Of a stretch of 64,000 nucleotides of DNA, positions 9,332 to 19,765 are shown in pieces; positions within the stretch are counted from its first letter, which is position 1; every line of letters begins with the position of its first letter. Source of the DNA: Candidatus Giovannonibacteria bacterium (lineage in GTDB: Bacteria; Patescibacteriota; Minisyncoccia; JACPKW01; UBA11713). Made by a program: the position numbers and the translations under genes. The stretch spans positions 3,163 through 67,162 of the forward strand of contig JAHFOJ010000002.1 of NCBI GenBank assembly GCA_023266875.1, written 5' to 3'. Below the pieces are notes generated by a model. The model was not told the origin of the DNA and did not search any database. It saw only the letters and a list, made by a program, of their open reading frames with translations.

Positions 9332-9357
9332 CCGGGACGAGATTGTTCTCGTCCCGG
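9332..9357. terminator. Perfect 10-bp hairpin (CCGGGACGAG/CTCGTCCCGG) with T-runs on both strands
   Basis: Seen directly in the sequence. On the minus strand it is followed by TTTTTTATTTT, so it is a likely terminator for the minus gene 9377..9724, and it also ends the grpE transcript. Confidence 0.6.
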
Positions 9358-9376
9358 GCGATGAACGGAATTAATG

Positions 9377-9724
9377 TTAGATTTCGCGGATACTTGGTCG
9401 GATGCGGATTTGCATGTCAGTCGTATTTACTTCAGTTTCGAGATAGCGCTGTTTTTTGCGAACCTGAGTATCGAGTCTTACTTTTAGCTCCGGGCTGCAA
9501 GCCGGAAGCTGGTAGCGCATAATCGGCATTACAAAAGAGTCGGATGTACCGTACTCTTCCCATGACCGCATGAAGCGGTTAACTATCTTTTTTTGCGCGA
9601 GTTCGATCTTTCTACGCTTTTCTCCGACCTTCATGCCTATAGACTTTCTCAGCCTACCGATGATTTTTTTCCTACAGATCCCATTCTTCCCATTCCGCTT
9701 GTGAAAATTTAATGTTCCCATCAA
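9377..9724 (-). CDS. Hypothetical small basic protein encoded antisense between grpE and dnaK
   Basis: 115-aa ORF that is K/R-rich (KRNGKNGICRKKIIGRLRKSIGMKVGEKRRK...). Its own terminator sits just downstream. There is a weak L34-like N-terminal pattern but no confident family. Confidence 0.4.
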   Translation of the reverse strand: MMGTLNFHKRNGKNGICRKKIIGRLRKSIGMKVGEKRRKIELAQKKIVNRFMRSWEEYGTSDSFVMPIMRYQLPACSPELKVRLDTQVRKKQRYLETEVNTTDMQIRIRPSIREI

Positions 9725-9801
9725 TCCTCCTTCAAAAACGTTAATATACTAACCCAAACCAAGCTTAAAATATTATTAATTTTTAGTCAAAATATAGAAA
9801 T

Positions 9802-11688
9802 ATGCCAAAAATATTAGGAATAGATTTAGGAACAACTAACTCCGCCATGGCTATCGTCGAGGGCGGAGTTCCCCGCGTGCTTGAAAATGACGAGGGCGCG
9901 CGCACAACCCCGTCAGTCGTCGGGCTTTCAAAAGGAGGGGATCGCCTAGTTGGGCTTCTAGCCAAGCGGCAAGCCGTCACAAACCCGCAAAACACAATAT
10001 ATTCGGTAAAGCGTCTCATAGGGCGCAAGTTTACCGATAAGATGGTCGAAAAAGATAAAACGCTGATGCCCTACGAAATTAAAGAATCCGCAAATGGCGG
10101 CGTGCAGATTAAAATGGGAGATAAATCGTACCGGCCAGAGGAAATCTCCGCAATGGTTTTACAAAAATTAAAGAAAGACGCCGAAGCGAAACTTGGCGAG
10201 AAAATCGAAGAGGCGATAATTACGGTGCCTGCGTATTTTGATGACTCTCAAAGGCAAGCGACCAAAAACGCAGGAGAAATTGCCGGATTCAAAGTCAAGC
10301 GAATCTTAAATGAGCCTACGGCTGCAGCTTTGGCTTACGGATTTGATAAGAAAAAAGACGAGCAAATAGTCGTTTATGATTTCGGAGGCGGGACTTTCGA
10401 CGTATCCGTGCTCGAAGTGTCTGCCGACACTATTGAAGTCAAAGCTACAGACGGCGACACGCATCTTGGTGGAGACGATTTTGATCAAAAAATTGTTTAT
10501 TGGATAGCTGCTGAATTTAGAAAAGAAGAGGGGATTGATCTCTCGAAAGACCCGCTTGCACTCCAGCGCCTGCGAGAGGCCGCAGAAAAAGCGAAACATG
10601 AGCTCTCAAGCACCGTTGAAACAGAAATTAATATACCATTCATTTCTTCAACCGATTCCGGACCCAAACATCTCCTGATAAAATTCTCGCGATCAAAACT
10701 GGAGGGACTTGTCTCCGATGAAATTGAGCGGTCGATTGAAATTACGAAACGCGCAGTGGGCGCCGCAGGATTCAAACTTGCGGATATTGATGAAGTTATT
10801 CTTGTCGGAGGCCAAACCCGCATGCCGCTTATTCAGGAAAAAGTGAAGGCGCTTTTCGGCCGCGAGCCGAACCGCTCAATCAATCCGGACGAAGTAGTGG
10901 CCATTGGCGCCGCCGTGCAGGCTGGAATTTTGCAGGGTGATGTAAAAGATGTTTTGCTTTTGGACGTAACGCCATTGTCGCTTGGGCTTGAAACATTGGG
11001 AGGGGTTATGACAAAAATCGTGGAGAAAAATACTACGGTGCCTTATTCAAAATCGCAAGTTTTTTCTACGGCTGCCGACAATCAAACTTCGGTTGAAATC
11101 CACGTCTTGCAGGGCGAACGCGAGATGGCCGCGGACAATAAAACACTCGGCCGCTTTATTCTTGATGGGATACCCCCAGCGCCGCGCGGGTTGCCTCAAG
11201 TTGAAGTCGCCTTCGATATTGATGCGAACGGCATCTTGTCCGTCAAAGCCAAAGACAAAGCTACAAACAAAGAACAGTCGATAAGAATAGAAGCCTCCAC
11301 GGGACTGTCGAAAGAAGAGATTGAGCGTATGAAGCGCGACGCGGAGGTGCATGCAGATGAAGACAAACAAAAAAAGGAACTCATAGAAATTAAAAACCAG
11401 GCGGAATCTATAATTTATACAGCAGAAAAGGCGCTCCGAGACGCGGGCGACAAAGTCCCAGCAGATATCAGAAAAGATATAGAAGAAAAAATAGGATCTC
11501 TTAAGTCTTCCAAAGATTCAGCCACTTCAGCTTCAGATCTTAAATCAAAATTTGAAGAACTTTCATATGCTCTTCAAAAAATCGGTGAAGCGATGTATAA
11601 AGATACTAAAGGGAACGAGTCGCAGCAAGATGAGAAAAAGGCGAAAGATGCCGACTTTGAAGATCTAAGCGGCGATCAAAACAAATAA
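9802..11688 (+). CDS. dnaK: Molecular chaperone DnaK (Hsp70)
   Basis: [18 protein letters not shown]..., [24 protein letters not shown] and the C-terminal lid. Confidence 0.96.
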   Translation: MPKILGIDLGTTNSAMAIVEGGVPRVLENDEGARTTPSVVGLSKGGDRLVGLLAKRQAVTNPQNTIYSVKRLIGRKFTDKMVEKDKTLMPYEIKESANGGVQIKMGDKSYRPEEISAMVLQKLKKDAEAKLGEKIEEAIITVPAYFDDSQRQATKNAGEIAGFKVKRILNEPTAAALAYGFDKKKDEQIVVYDFGGGTFDVSVLEVSADTIEVKATDGDTHLGGDDFDQKIVYWIAAEFRKEEGIDLSKDPLALQRLREAAEKAKHELSSTVETEINIPFISSTDSGPKHLLIKFSRSKLEGLVSDEIERSIEITKRAVGAAGFKLADIDEVILVGGQTRMPLIQEKVKALFGREPNRSINPDEVVAIGAAVQAGILQGDVKDVLLLDVTPLSLGLETLGGVMTKIVEKNTTVPYSKSQVFSTAADNQTSVEIHVLQGEREMAADNKTLGRFILDGIPPAPRGLPQVEVAFDIDANGILSVKAKDKATNKEQSIRIEASTGLSKEEIERMKRDAEVHADEDKQKKELIEIKNQAESIIYTAEKALRDAGDKVPADIRKDIEEKIGSLKSSKDSATSASDLKSKFEELSYALQKIGEAMYKDTKGNESQQDEKKAKDADFEDLSGDQNK

Positions 11689-11706
11689 CAGTCCCTTTTG
11701 AAAGCT

Positions 11707-12759
11707 ATGAGAGATTATTATGAAGTTTTAGGAATTGCGAGAAACGCCTCCCAAGACGAGATAAAAAAAGCGTTCAGGAAACTCGCGCATAAGCATCATC
11801 CAGACAAAGGAGGATCAGAAGTGAAATTTAAGGAATTAAACGAAGCATATCAGGTCTTGTCAGATGATAAAAAACGCGCGGAATACGACCGTTATGGGCG
11901 CGTCTTTGGGGCAGGCGGAGGACCCGCAAACCAAGATTTTGATTTTGATTTCAGTCAATTTAACGGCGTCGATTTAGGAGATATATTCGAAGATTTTTTT
12001 GGTATGGGGGGCACTGGCCGTGGGAAAGCGCAAAGAGTCCGGCGTGGCCGCGATATTTCAATTGATGTTGAATTACCCTTCGAAGAATCAATTTTCGGCA
12101 CAGAAAGGCGAGTGCTTATAAATAAATCTATTTATTGTTCGATCTGCAAAGGTTCAGGCGCAGCTCCCGGAACTAAATCAGAAAGCTGCAAGAAATGCAA
12201 TGGGAACGGAACAGTACGCGAGACAAGGCAATCATTTTTAGGAAGCTTTTCATCTATAAAAGAGTGCCCGACATGTCTCGGACGCGGAAACATTCCAGAA
12301 AAAAAATGCGATACTTGCCGAGGCTCCGGGATTGAGCGCGGACAGGAAGAAATTCAAATTGCGATTCCCGCGGGAATTCGCTCAGGCGAGATGATAAAAA
12401 TGTCAGCGAGGGGAGAAGCGGTTTCCGGAGGGCTCGCGGGCGATTTATATGTTAGAATTCATGTTTTGCCGCATGAAATCTTCCGCCGCGAAGACCGTGA
12501 TTTAGTAATGGATCTAGAAATTCCGCTTTCTGATGCGCTCTTAGGCGCTGATAATATTATAAACGCACCCGACGGGCAGATTAAATTAAAAATCCCAGCG
12601 GGGATTGATTCTGGAGAACTTCTGCGCGTTCGCGGCCGCGGCGTTCCGACAGAATCAAAGCGGGGAGATTTGATAATCCACGTCATAGTGAAAACCCCAA
12701 AACGGCTTTCAAAAAAGGCGCGCGAACTTATAGACGAACTCAAAAAAGAGGGGATTTAA
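11707..12759 (+). CDS. dnaJ: Molecular chaperone DnaJ
   Basis: The J-domain (HPD: [12 protein letters not shown]), a G/F-rich region and four CxxCxGxG zinc-finger repeats ([32 protein letters not shown]). Confidence 0.93.
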   Translation: MRDYYEVLGIARNASQDEIKKAFRKLAHKHHPDKGGSEVKFKELNEAYQVLSDDKKRAEYDRYGRVFGAGGGPANQDFDFDFSQFNGVDLGDIFEDFFGMGGTGRGKAQRVRRGRDISIDVELPFEESIFGTERRVLINKSIYCSICKGSGAAPGTKSESCKKCNGNGTVRETRQSFLGSFSSIKECPTCLGRGNIPEKKCDTCRGSGIERGQEEIQIAIPAGIRSGEMIKMSARGEAVSGGLAGDLYVRIHVLPHEIFRREDRDLVMDLEIPLSDALLGADNIINAPDGQIKLKIPAGIDSGELLRVRGRGVPTESKRGDLIIHVIVKTPKRLSKKARELIDELKKEGI

Positions 12760-12771
12760 GATATTAAAAAT

Positions 12772-12963
12772 ATGGCAGCTTTTAAAGAAAACATAATAGG
12801 GCGCCTAGATCCGGTCTGCGGGCTTCAAATTGACGCGTCAAAAGCCAAGTTCCAAAGCACATTTGAAGAAACAACCTATTATTTTTGTCCCAAAAATTGC
12901 AAGGATCGTTTTGAAGAAGAGCCTGCAAAATACGACGGAGATTCAAACAACCGCGAGGATTGA
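12772..12963 (+). CDS. YHS/TRASH-like metal-binding domain protein
   Basis: 63 aa. DPVCGLQIDASKAKF...TYYFCPKNCKDRFEEEP resembles the YHS domain pattern. Confidence 0.55.
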   Translation: MAAFKENIIGRLDPVCGLQIDASKAKFQSTFEETTYYFCPKNCKDRFEEEPAKYDGDSNNRED

Positions 12964-12989
12964 TTCGACAACGTCAGAATTTTTCTTGT

Positions 12990-13065
12990 TGGTCCGCCCA
13001 GTAGGAGTTGAACCTACAACCTTGTCCTTAAGAGGGACCTGCTCTGCCAATTGAGCTATGGGCGG
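12990..13065 (-). tRNA. tRNA-Lys (anticodon CTT)
   Basis: Manual cloverleaf: acceptor CCGCCCA/TGGGCGG, D-arm GCTCAATTGGCAGAGC, anticodon loop CTCTTAA, T-arm GTAGG-TTCAACT-CCTAC and an encoded CCA. Confidence 0.8.
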
Positions 13066-13177
13066 ATTTTTATGGAATTATTAACTGGTCGGCGGGTTTG
13101 AGATATTTTAGACATTTTCTTGGCATTTTGCAATTTTTTGACTGGCACTTTTTTAACATCATGTTATAATTAAGTTC

Positions 13178-13852
13178 ATGAAAAAAATGGATTCAAGCGA
13201 CTTTACGCCATGGATTTTTACCGGCATCATCGTCCTTTTAACGGTCGGACTAATTGTTCTGATTTTTGCTTACGGCAACGGCTCTTCAGGCACAGCAAAA
13301 GAAACTACTGTCCCTGCCCTCACTCAAGAGGACTGGACGCATGGTCCTAATGACGCGAAAGTGAGTATAATCGAATACGGCGATTTCCAATGTCCGGCAT
13401 GCGCCGCTTACTATCCTCTGTTCCTCGAACTTGAAAATTATTACAAAGATAAATCGGTTATTTTTGCCTTCCGTAATTTTCCTCTTTATCAAGTACATAA
13501 AAACGCGGAGATCAGCGCAAAAGCTTCCGAAGCCGCGGGGCTCCAGGGAAAATATTGGGAGATGCACGACAAATTATACAAAGACCAAATTTCCTGGGGA
13601 GATGCTCCACAAAAAAAAGCAATGGAACAATTTGACGACTATGCTAAGTCGCTTAACCTTGATCTGGATAAATTACATAAAGACATGGAGTCCGCCAGCG
13701 TAAAAAATAAGATCGAAAAAGATGTTAAAAGCGCGAGCGACGCGTTTGTGGACCACACGCCAACATTTTTTATAAATCTGAAACAAATTAAGAATCCCAC
13801 AAGCCTTGATGAGTTTAAGAAAATTATAGACGATGCCCTCGCCGCTTCCTAA
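13178..13852 (+). CDS. DsbA-family thioredoxin-fold thiol:disulfide oxidoreductase (membrane-anchored)
   Basis: An N-terminal TM segment and a CPAC active site within a thioredoxin-like context (IEYGDFQCPACAAYYP). Confidence 0.8.
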   Translation: MKKMDSSDFTPWIFTGIIVLLTVGLIVLIFAYGNGSSGTAKETTVPALTQEDWTHGPNDAKVSIIEYGDFQCPACAAYYPLFLELENYYKDKSVIFAFRNFPLYQVHKNAEISAKASEAAGLQGKYWEMHDKLYKDQISWGDAPQKKAMEQFDDYAKSLNLDLDKLHKDMESASVKNKIEKDVKSASDAFVDHTPTFFINLKQIKNPTSLDEFKKIIDDALAAS

Positions 13853-14291
13853 ATCAAAGATCTGGGGGCTCGCTATCGCCAGTTTTTTAGGATTTGCTGA
13901 TGCAAGTTATCTTACAGCAGAGCATTATCTGAAATTGCCTCTGCCGTGTTCCATCACGCAAGGATGCGATACTGTTTTAAACAGCAGATACGCAATGCTT
14001 GCCGGGCTCCCGATAGCGTTTTTCGGAGCAATTTACTATTTGCTTTTGCTTTTCTTGGCGGTGAGTTTGCTTACCAACAAGAACAGCTCCGGCGCGCCGC
14101 AAATTAAAGCGGCTCTAGCCCTTAGCTCCTTTGGACTGCTGGTATCAATAATGCTTGTCTATCTGCAATTTTTTGTAATTTACCAGCTTTGCCTTTATTG
14201 CCTCGCTTCAGCCACATTCACGCTAATAGCGTTTGTCCTGTCCATAAGTATTTATAGGGCTCTCAAAAAATCTATTTTAAGCCATGGCTAA
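13833..14291 (+). CDS. Vitamin K epoxide reductase (VKOR) family protein
   Basis: A multi-TM protein with a conserved loop Cys pair (LPCSITQGCDTV) and a CxxC in a TM helix (LCLYCL). It pairs with the upstream DsbA-like gene. Confidence 0.75.
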   Translation: MPSPLPKSKIWGLAIASFLGFADASYLTAEHYLKLPLPCSITQGCDTVLNSRYAMLAGLPIAFFGAIYYLLLLFLAVSLLTNKNSSGAPQIKAALALSSFGLLVSIMLVYLQFFVIYQLCLYCLASATFTLIAFVLSISIYRALKKSILSHG

Positions 14292-15249
14292 AATTAAAAT
14301 AGGCGTTATCCGCGGCGGGCCATCTTTGGAATATGAAATATCCCTCCTCTCCGGCGAAAGTGTGATAAATAATCTTCCGCGCGGAAAATATGACATAACA
14401 GATATCCTCTGGACAAAAGACGGCATATTCCATGAGAACGGTTTTGCAAAGCGGCCAGCGCAAATCTTAAAAAAATTGGATTTGGTTTTCAACGCGCTAC
14501 ACGGAGAATACGGCGAAGACGGGCGGATCCAGCAAATATTCGAGTTAAATTCTATTCCATACACGGGCTCGGGAATCTTCGCTTCAGCCGTCGCAATGAA
14601 AAAACATCTCGCTCTAAACGCGTTAGAAAAGAGAAACATTAAGATGCCAAGATCGATAATAGTATCGAAAGGAGATGATCTTGAAGCGCGCGTATCTGAA
14701 ATTTGCAAAACTCTTTTCCCGTGGTGGGTCATAAAACCGGCCTCGCGGGGATCGTCTGTAGGCGTGACCATAGCAAAAAGCGAAAAAGAAATTCTCGCTG
14801 GATTAAAAGTCGCTCTCAAATTGGATAAAAAGGCTATTGCGCAAGAACATATAAAAGGTAAGGAAGCCACTTGCGCTGTTCTTGAAAATTTCCGCGGCCA
14901 GAAATATTACGCGCTCCCGATAATCGAAATAGTCCCGCCAAAAGGAAAATTTTTTAATTACGAAGTTAAATATGACGGCTCGACTAAAGAAATTTGCCCG
15001 GGCCGTTTTAGTGAAAAAACGGCTCTCGAAATTAAAAATATATCTATTTTGGCGCACGAGGCACTGGGGCTTCGCCATTATTCGCGATCAGATTTTATAG
15101 TAAGTCCGCGCGGCATATTCTTTTTAGAGACAAACACACTGCCGGGGCTCACAAGCCAATCTTTGTTGCCGAAGGCCGCCCAGGCAGCTGGACTTCCGTT
15201 CCCTCTGCTTCTTGACCATATTGCATCTTTGGCTATTAGAGGCGCCTAA
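14284..15249 (+). CDS. ddl: D-alanine--D-alanine ligase
   Basis: An ATP-grasp pattern: [45 protein letters not shown] and a C-terminal ...[11 protein letters not shown]. Confidence 0.9.
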   Translation: MAKIKIGVIRGGPSLEYEISLLSGESVINNLPRGKYDITDILWTKDGIFHENGFAKRPAQILKKLDLVFNALHGEYGEDGRIQQIFELNSIPYTGSGIFASAVAMKKHLALNALEKRNIKMPRSIIVSKGDDLEARVSEICKTLFPWWVIKPASRGSSVGVTIAKSEKEILAGLKVALKLDKKAIAQEHIKGKEATCAVLENFRGQKYYALPIIEIVPPKGKFFNYEVKYDGSTKEICPGRFSEKTALEIKNISILAHEALGLRHYSRSDFIVSPRGIFFLETNTLPGLTSQSLLPKAAQAAGLPFPLLLDHIASLAIRGA

Positions 15250-15250
15250 T

Positions 15251-15811
15251 ATGTTAAAGAAGTCTTTTTTTAAAAGCCCAACGCTAGATGTTGCGCGTCG
15301 TCTCATTGGCAAAACCCTTATACGTAAATTTAAGGGGAAACTAAATAAAGGAATAATAACAGAGACCGAAGCTTATGTTGGTCCGCAGGACCTGGCCTCT
15401 CATGCCTCACGTGGGCGAACAGCCAGAACCGCAGCGATGTTCGGGGAAGCGGGGCGCATTTATGTTTATCTTATTTACGGCATGCATTTTTGCCTAAATA
15501 TCGTAACGGAGAAAAAAGAATTTCCTGCCGCCGTGTTAATCCGCGCAATCCGCGCTGGGAATCTAGACATAAGAGGACCGGGCAGAATTACAAAATATTT
15601 TCATATCGACAAAAGCCTTAATGCCAAAAAACTTGGGCACGAAAGTGGTTTATGGATAGCCGCCCCTTTGGGACAAGCCTCGCCCAGAAAACTCAGGGCG
15701 CAAAAGCTAAAAATTAAGAGCGGGGCGCGAATCGGGGTCGAATACGCCGGAGCGTGGGCAAGTAAACCCTGGAGGTTTTATGTTAAACTAACCGCATGGC
15801 GCGGCTTGTAA
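15251..15811 (+). CDS. mpg: DNA-3-methyladenine glycosylase (Mpg/AAG family)
   Basis: [10 protein letters not shown]...[50 protein letters not shown] is diagnostic of the MPG family. Confidence 0.85.
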   Translation: MLKKSFFKSPTLDVARRLIGKTLIRKFKGKLNKGIITETEAYVGPQDLASHASRGRTARTAAMFGEAGRIYVYLIYGMHFCLNIVTEKKEFPAAVLIRAIRAGNLDIRGPGRITKYFHIDKSLNAKKLGHESGLWIAAPLGQASPRKLRAQKLKIKSGARIGVEYAGAWASKPWRFYVKLTAWRGL

Positions 15812-16176
15812 AATATTTTGATAAACTTGAAGATAAAGTCCGCCGGGCACTCTCACGGCGCCCTATTGTCTATACCCTAATCGGCGGCATAGGCATTGTG
15901 CTTTTTTGGCGTGGCGTATGGATGACAGCGGATCTTTTCCCATTCTTAAGCGGCCCTGTTTCAATAGCCTTGAGCGTGGCAATACTTATGATAACCGGGC
16001 TTTTCGTTTCTTTTTTTATAGGAGATGAGATCATCATTGAAGGTTTGAAGCAGGAGAAAAAAATCACGGAGAAAACCGAGTCTGAAATAAAAACTGAAGA
16101 AACAACGCTGCGCCAAATTAAAAAAGACCTGGACGCGATAAAAGTAAAATTGGAACAAATGTCGAAGTCAATATGA
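15796..16176 (+). CDS. Hypothetical small membrane protein with a C-terminal coiled-coil
   Basis: 126-aa ORF with two predicted TM helices and a K/E-rich tail. Confidence 0.45.
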   Translation: MARLVKYFDKLEDKVRRALSRRPIVYTLIGGIGIVLFWRGVWMTADLFPFLSGPVSIALSVAILMITGLFVSFFIGDEIIIEGLKQEKKITEKTESEIKTEETTLRQIKKDLDAIKVKLEQMSKSI

Positions 16177-17207
16177 ATGAATTTTTATTTGTTGTTCTTG
16201 GTATAATTGCCGGCGCCGTAAGCGTTTATTTCGTTCTGCAGAAACACGCCCCGAAAGAATCGGAGGGGATGCTTATGCTTCAAAACCAGATGAATGAGCT
16301 TTCGCGGAAAATGGATCAGAATGTCGGCCAATCAACCGAAGTCTTGCAGCGCCAGCATTCTGAATCCATCAAAGCGGCGCGCGAACTTGCCGAACGCCTG
16401 ACTAAACTCGACGAAACGAACAGACAAGTTGTCGGCTTCGCCGACCAGCTTCAAAATCTTCAGGACATTTTGCAGAACCCAAAACAGCGCGGGGTTTTAG
16501 GCGAATATTATCTTGAAACAGTTTTAAAAAATGTTTTGCCACCTGGTTCGTATGAAGTTCAATATCCGTTTAAAGACGGGACAATTGTGGATGCCATAAT
16601 CCATGTTAAAGATAAAATAATTCCGATTGATTCCAAATTTTCGCTTGAAAATTATAATAGAATTATTGGCGAGCGCGATCCTGCCGAGCGCGAACGATAC
16701 GAAAGACTTTTTCGCCAAGACCTAAAAAATAGGATTGATGAAACCGCAAAATACGTGAAGCCATCCGAAAGCACGCTTGAATTCGCGTTTATGTTCATCC
16801 CATCGGAGGCCATTTATTACGACCTTTTAATCAACCAGGTCGGCGCAGTCAAGGTCGCAACCCAAGACTTGATTGAATACGCTTTTAAGCAAAAGCACGT
16901 CATTATAGTCTCTCCCACGTCATTTTTAGCCTATCTGCAGACGGTTCTTCAAGGTCTTAAAGCCCTCCAAATCGAGGAATCAGCCAAGGAGATGAAGAAG
17001 TTCGTGGAAGCGTTGATGCGCCATTTAATCACCTACGAAGATTATTTCCAAAAACTTGGCAAGAATCTAGGCACGACGGTCGGAATGTATGACAAAGCAT
17101 ATAGCGAATTCCAAAAAATAGACAAAGATATCTATCGCATAACAGGCGAGGGGATTGAATCAGAGCCGGTTTTGATAGCAAAACCCCACGCGGATGAGAT
17201 AGAATAG
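16173..17207 (+). CDS. rmuC: DNA recombination protein RmuC
   Basis: An N-terminal TM segment, a coiled-coil and a RmuC core (GVLGEYYLETVLKNVLPPGSYEVQYPFKDGTIVDAIIHVKDKIIPIDSKF). Confidence 0.8.
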   Translation: MNEFLFVVLGIIAGAVSVYFVLQKHAPKESEGMLMLQNQMNELSRKMDQNVGQSTEVLQRQHSESIKAARELAERLTKLDETNRQVVGFADQLQNLQDILQNPKQRGVLGEYYLETVLKNVLPPGSYEVQYPFKDGTIVDAIIHVKDKIIPIDSKFSLENYNRIIGERDPAERERYERLFRQDLKNRIDETAKYVKPSESTLEFAFMFIPSEAIYYDLLINQVGAVKVATQDLIEYAFKQKHVIIVSPTSFLAYLQTVLQGLKALQIEESAKEMKKFVEALMRHLITYEDYFQKLGKNLGTTVGMYDKAYSEFQKIDKDIYRITGEGIESEPVLIAKPHADEIE

Positions 17208-17250
17208 ACCTTGCTTTAAATTTATAATTTTGATACTATGGTTTTTATCT

Positions 17251-17565
17251 ATGCCACAATTCGCAGTAATCAAAACAGGCGGGAAACAATATCTTGTTAG
17301 TCCCGGGCTTAAATTAAAAATCGAAAAACTTCCTTCCACAGAAGTCAAAATTTTATTTGACGTCTTAGCTCTAGGCGATGAAAGTGTTTTGAACGCAGGA
17401 AAGCCCATCGTGTCCGGCGCTAAAGTTGAAGCAGAGGTTTTACGCGAAGGCAGAGCGGATAAAGTTATTATCCAACATTATCATTCCAAAACTCGTTACA
17501 GAAAGAAAAAAGGCCACCGCCAGCCCTTCACTGAAATTTTGATAAAAGAGATAGTTGTAAAATAG
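17251..17565 (+). CDS. rplU: 50S ribosomal protein L21
   Basis: MPQFAVIKTGGKQYLVSPGLKLKIEKL...HYHSKTRYRKKKGHRQPFTEI. It is not adjacent to rpmA. Confidence 0.9.
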   Translation: MPQFAVIKTGGKQYLVSPGLKLKIEKLPSTEVKILFDVLALGDESVLNAGKPIVSGAKVEAEVLREGRADKVIIQHYHSKTRYRKKKGHRQPFTEILIKEIVVK

Positions 17566-17616
17566 ATTTCTAGTGCTTGAATCGGGAGCGCCTGCTACCC
17601 CCTATTTTTTTGCCAC

Positions 17617-17640
17617 TATTTACATATTCGTACGAGTTAC
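17617..17640. repeat. Copy A of the same motif, CTATTTACATATTCGTACGAGTTACCC, in the rplU/recR convergent spacer
   Basis: It carries the 20-nt stretch shared by copies A, B and D, at a locus 22 kb away from them. Confidence 0.5.
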
Positions 17641-17659
17641 CCTATTATTGTGGAAATTT

Positions 17660-18262
17660 CTACTTTCTATTCTCAAACGCGTGTTTCAGAGTATCTCTGT
17701 CTGAATACTCAAGTTCCGTTCCTGTCGAAAGGCCCCGGCCAAGATTCGAAATTTTAAACTTCCGGCTTTTAATAATCGGCTCAAGAATTTTTTCAATATA
17801 GCGTTTTGTCATATCACCTTCGGTTGTGGCTGATAGCGCTAAAACTATCTCGCCTAATTTTTTATTTGCCTCAACGCGTTTATAGAGTTCCTTCAAACGC
17901 AATTTTTCCTGTATCTCCGGACGCAAGGGGGAAAGAAGCCCGCCTAAAACATGATAGCGTCCGTCGAAAATCTGGTTACGCTCCATATTTTCAAGATCAG
18001 CGTCTTTTTCGATAACTAACAGCTTCGAATCATCGCGGTTGGGATTTGAGCAGACAACGCATTCATTGCTTTTTCCTTCAAAAATTCTAAAGCATGTTGA
18101 GCATCGAGAAACTTCTTTATGAAATCTCACAAGCAATTTTGAAATTTCTTCAAGCGACTTGGGTTCGGATCCTGCCAAATGATATACAAATCTACGAGCC
18201 TGCCTCGGTCCAATCCCGGGAAAGCTTTGAAAAAAATTAATTAAATCGGCGATTATGCTCAT
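17660..18262 (-). CDS. recR: Recombination protein RecR
   Basis: An HhH motif (FPGIGPRQARRF), a C4 zinc finger (CSTCFRIFEGKSNECVVC) and a Toprim domain. Confidence 0.92.
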   Translation of the reverse strand: MSIIADLINFFQSFPGIGPRQARRFVYHLAGSEPKSLEEISKLLVRFHKEVSRCSTCFRIFEGKSNECVVCSNPNRDDSKLLVIEKDADLENMERNQIFDGRYHVLGGLLSPLRPEIQEKLRLKELYKRVEANKKLGEIVLALSATTEGDMTKRYIEKILEPIIKSRKFKISNLGRGLSTGTELEYSDRDTLKHAFENRK

Positions 18263-18313
18263 ACTTAGAAATAGCAGATATTTAGTTAGCTTAGCAAATT
18301 TTAAGCGGGCGGG

Positions 18314-19717
18314 CTAGACTTCAAAAGATTCAAAACCGCTCGACGCTTCCATTGACATAAATGAAACGCTCTCTTGATTGAAATATAATGTGGCCCTGCC
18401 GACAGGCCCGTTTCTATGTTTGGCAATGAGCACATCTGCTTGGTTTTGGCGCTGAGAATTTTCGCGATATCTGTCCTCGCGATATAGAAACATCACAACA
18501 TCAGCGTCTTGCTCAATTGAACCCGACTCACGCAGGTCAGAAAGGCGCGGAATTGGTGGGTGACGCTGTTCAACCGCGCGCGAAAGCTGGGAAATAGCCA
18601 AAACCGGCACATTAAGCTCGCGCGCAAGCTGTTTTAAAGATCGGGAGATCTCTGTTACTTGCTGAACCATGCTGTCAGATGCGCGCTGGGGCATCATTAA
18701 TTGGAGATAGTCGATAATAATCAGCCCGAGGTTTCCGGAATCCGACTGGAGACGGCGCGCCATTGCCCGCATTTGTAGCACAGTGTTAGATGATTCGTCA
18801 TCAATATAGATAGGCGCGTTGGACAATCTGCCCATCGCGTCCCGGATCCGTAAAAAATCGTCGTTACTTTCAGAAAGTCGCCCCGTGCGAAGCTTCCAAA
18901 GCCCAACGCCGGATTCCGAGGCGATTAACCGGTCCACCAATTGCTGGGACGACATTTCGAGCGAAAATATGCCGACGGGCACGTTTTTTTCAACGGCAAC
19001 ATGCCGCGCCACATCAAGCGCGAATGACGTCTTCCCGAATGAAGGGCGCGCGGCCACAATAATTAAATCAGATTTTTGAAGGCCGGCTAAAATGTTGTCG
19101 ATGTCCGCAAAACCTGTCGGAACGCCGCGAAGCTCATTTTTATTTTTATGCAAATGATCGATCCGCTCCCAAGCTTCTTCAAGCTCTTGTCCTAGCACTA
19201 AAAATCGCTGGGAGAGCGAGCGCTGTGAGATCGCAAAAATCCTTTTTTCAGCATTATCCAAAAGCTGGTCAACGTCATCCCCCTCCCGATATCCTAACTC
19301 AGCAATATCGGCAGAGGCCTGAATAAGATCCCGCAATATTCTTTTTTTCCGAACTATCTCCGCATGATAGACAACATGCGAAGATGACGGAGAAGCATTA
19401 ACCAGATCGGCGAGATAGGCGGTGCCTCCAATAGCTTCCAATTTGTTCTGTTCCCGGAGCCGTGAAGACATTGAAATTACGTCAATCGGCTGGGAGCGCG
19501 AAAAAAGCTCAAGGGCCGAGGCGAAAATCACTTGGTGCTGGGGGCGATAAAAATCTTCGGGACGCAAAACGTCGATTATCTTAATTATCGCCTTGCCGTC
19601 AATCATCAACGCTCCGAGCGTCGCGATTTCAGCTTCGATATTTTGCGGAGGCACACGAACGGCAGCAGCAAAAGGAGACGGAGTAAGCGCGTCTTTAATT
19701 AATCTTTCATCAGCCAT
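18314..19717 (-). CDS. dnaB: Replicative DNA helicase DnaB
   Basis: An N-terminal DnaB domain (PQNIEAEIATLGALM), Walker A (RPSFGKTSFALD) and the RecA-like H3/H4 motifs. Confidence 0.93.
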   Translation of the reverse strand: MADERLIKDALTPSPFAAAVRVPPQNIEAEIATLGALMIDGKAIIKIIDVLRPEDFYRPQHQVIFASALELFSRSQPIDVISMSSRLREQNKLEAIGGTAYLADLVNASPSSSHVVYHAEIVRKKRILRDLIQASADIAELGYREGDDVDQLLDNAEKRIFAISQRSLSQRFLVLGQELEEAWERIDHLHKNKNELRGVPTGFADIDNILAGLQKSDLIIVAARPSFGKTSFALDVARHVAVEKNVPVGIFSLEMSSQQLVDRLIASESGVGLWKLRTGRLSESNDDFLRIRDAMGRLSNAPIYIDDESSNTVLQMRAMARRLQSDSGNLGLIIIDYLQLMMPQRASDSMVQQVTEISRSLKQLARELNVPVLAISQLSRAVEQRHPPIPRLSDLRESGSIEQDADVVMFLYREDRYRENSQRQNQADVLIAKHRNGPVGRATLYFNQESVSFMSMEASSGFESFEV

Positions 19718-19765
19718 ACACTAACTATAAAAACTTATTTCAAAATGCGCAAAGGTAAAAGTGAT

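Noticed and set aside
9377-9724. Assigning the antisense basic ORF to ribosomal protein L34 or L28
   Set aside because: Only a short KRN..G(F/I)(R/C)(A/R)(R/K) resemblance to L34 exists, and the protein is 2.5 times too long. That is insufficient for a call, so it is kept as hypothetical.
12830-13054. 74-aa ORF running across the tRNA-Lys gene
   Set aside because: It overlaps a well-formed tRNA cloverleaf on the opposite strand and the YHS gene frame, so it is a spurious open frame.
13137-13178. Extended -10 promoter (TGtTATAAT at 13162-13170) only 7 nt before the dsbA-like ATG, implying a leaderless mRNA
   Set aside because: It is plausible but rests on a single hexamer. Without TSS data it is too speculative to list as a feature.
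17577-17801. 74-aa plus-strand ORF beginning right after motif copy A and overlapping recR
   Set aside because: It overlaps the RecR C-terminus on the opposite strand and has no family signal. I kept only the possibility of a short transcript as a note under the motif finding.
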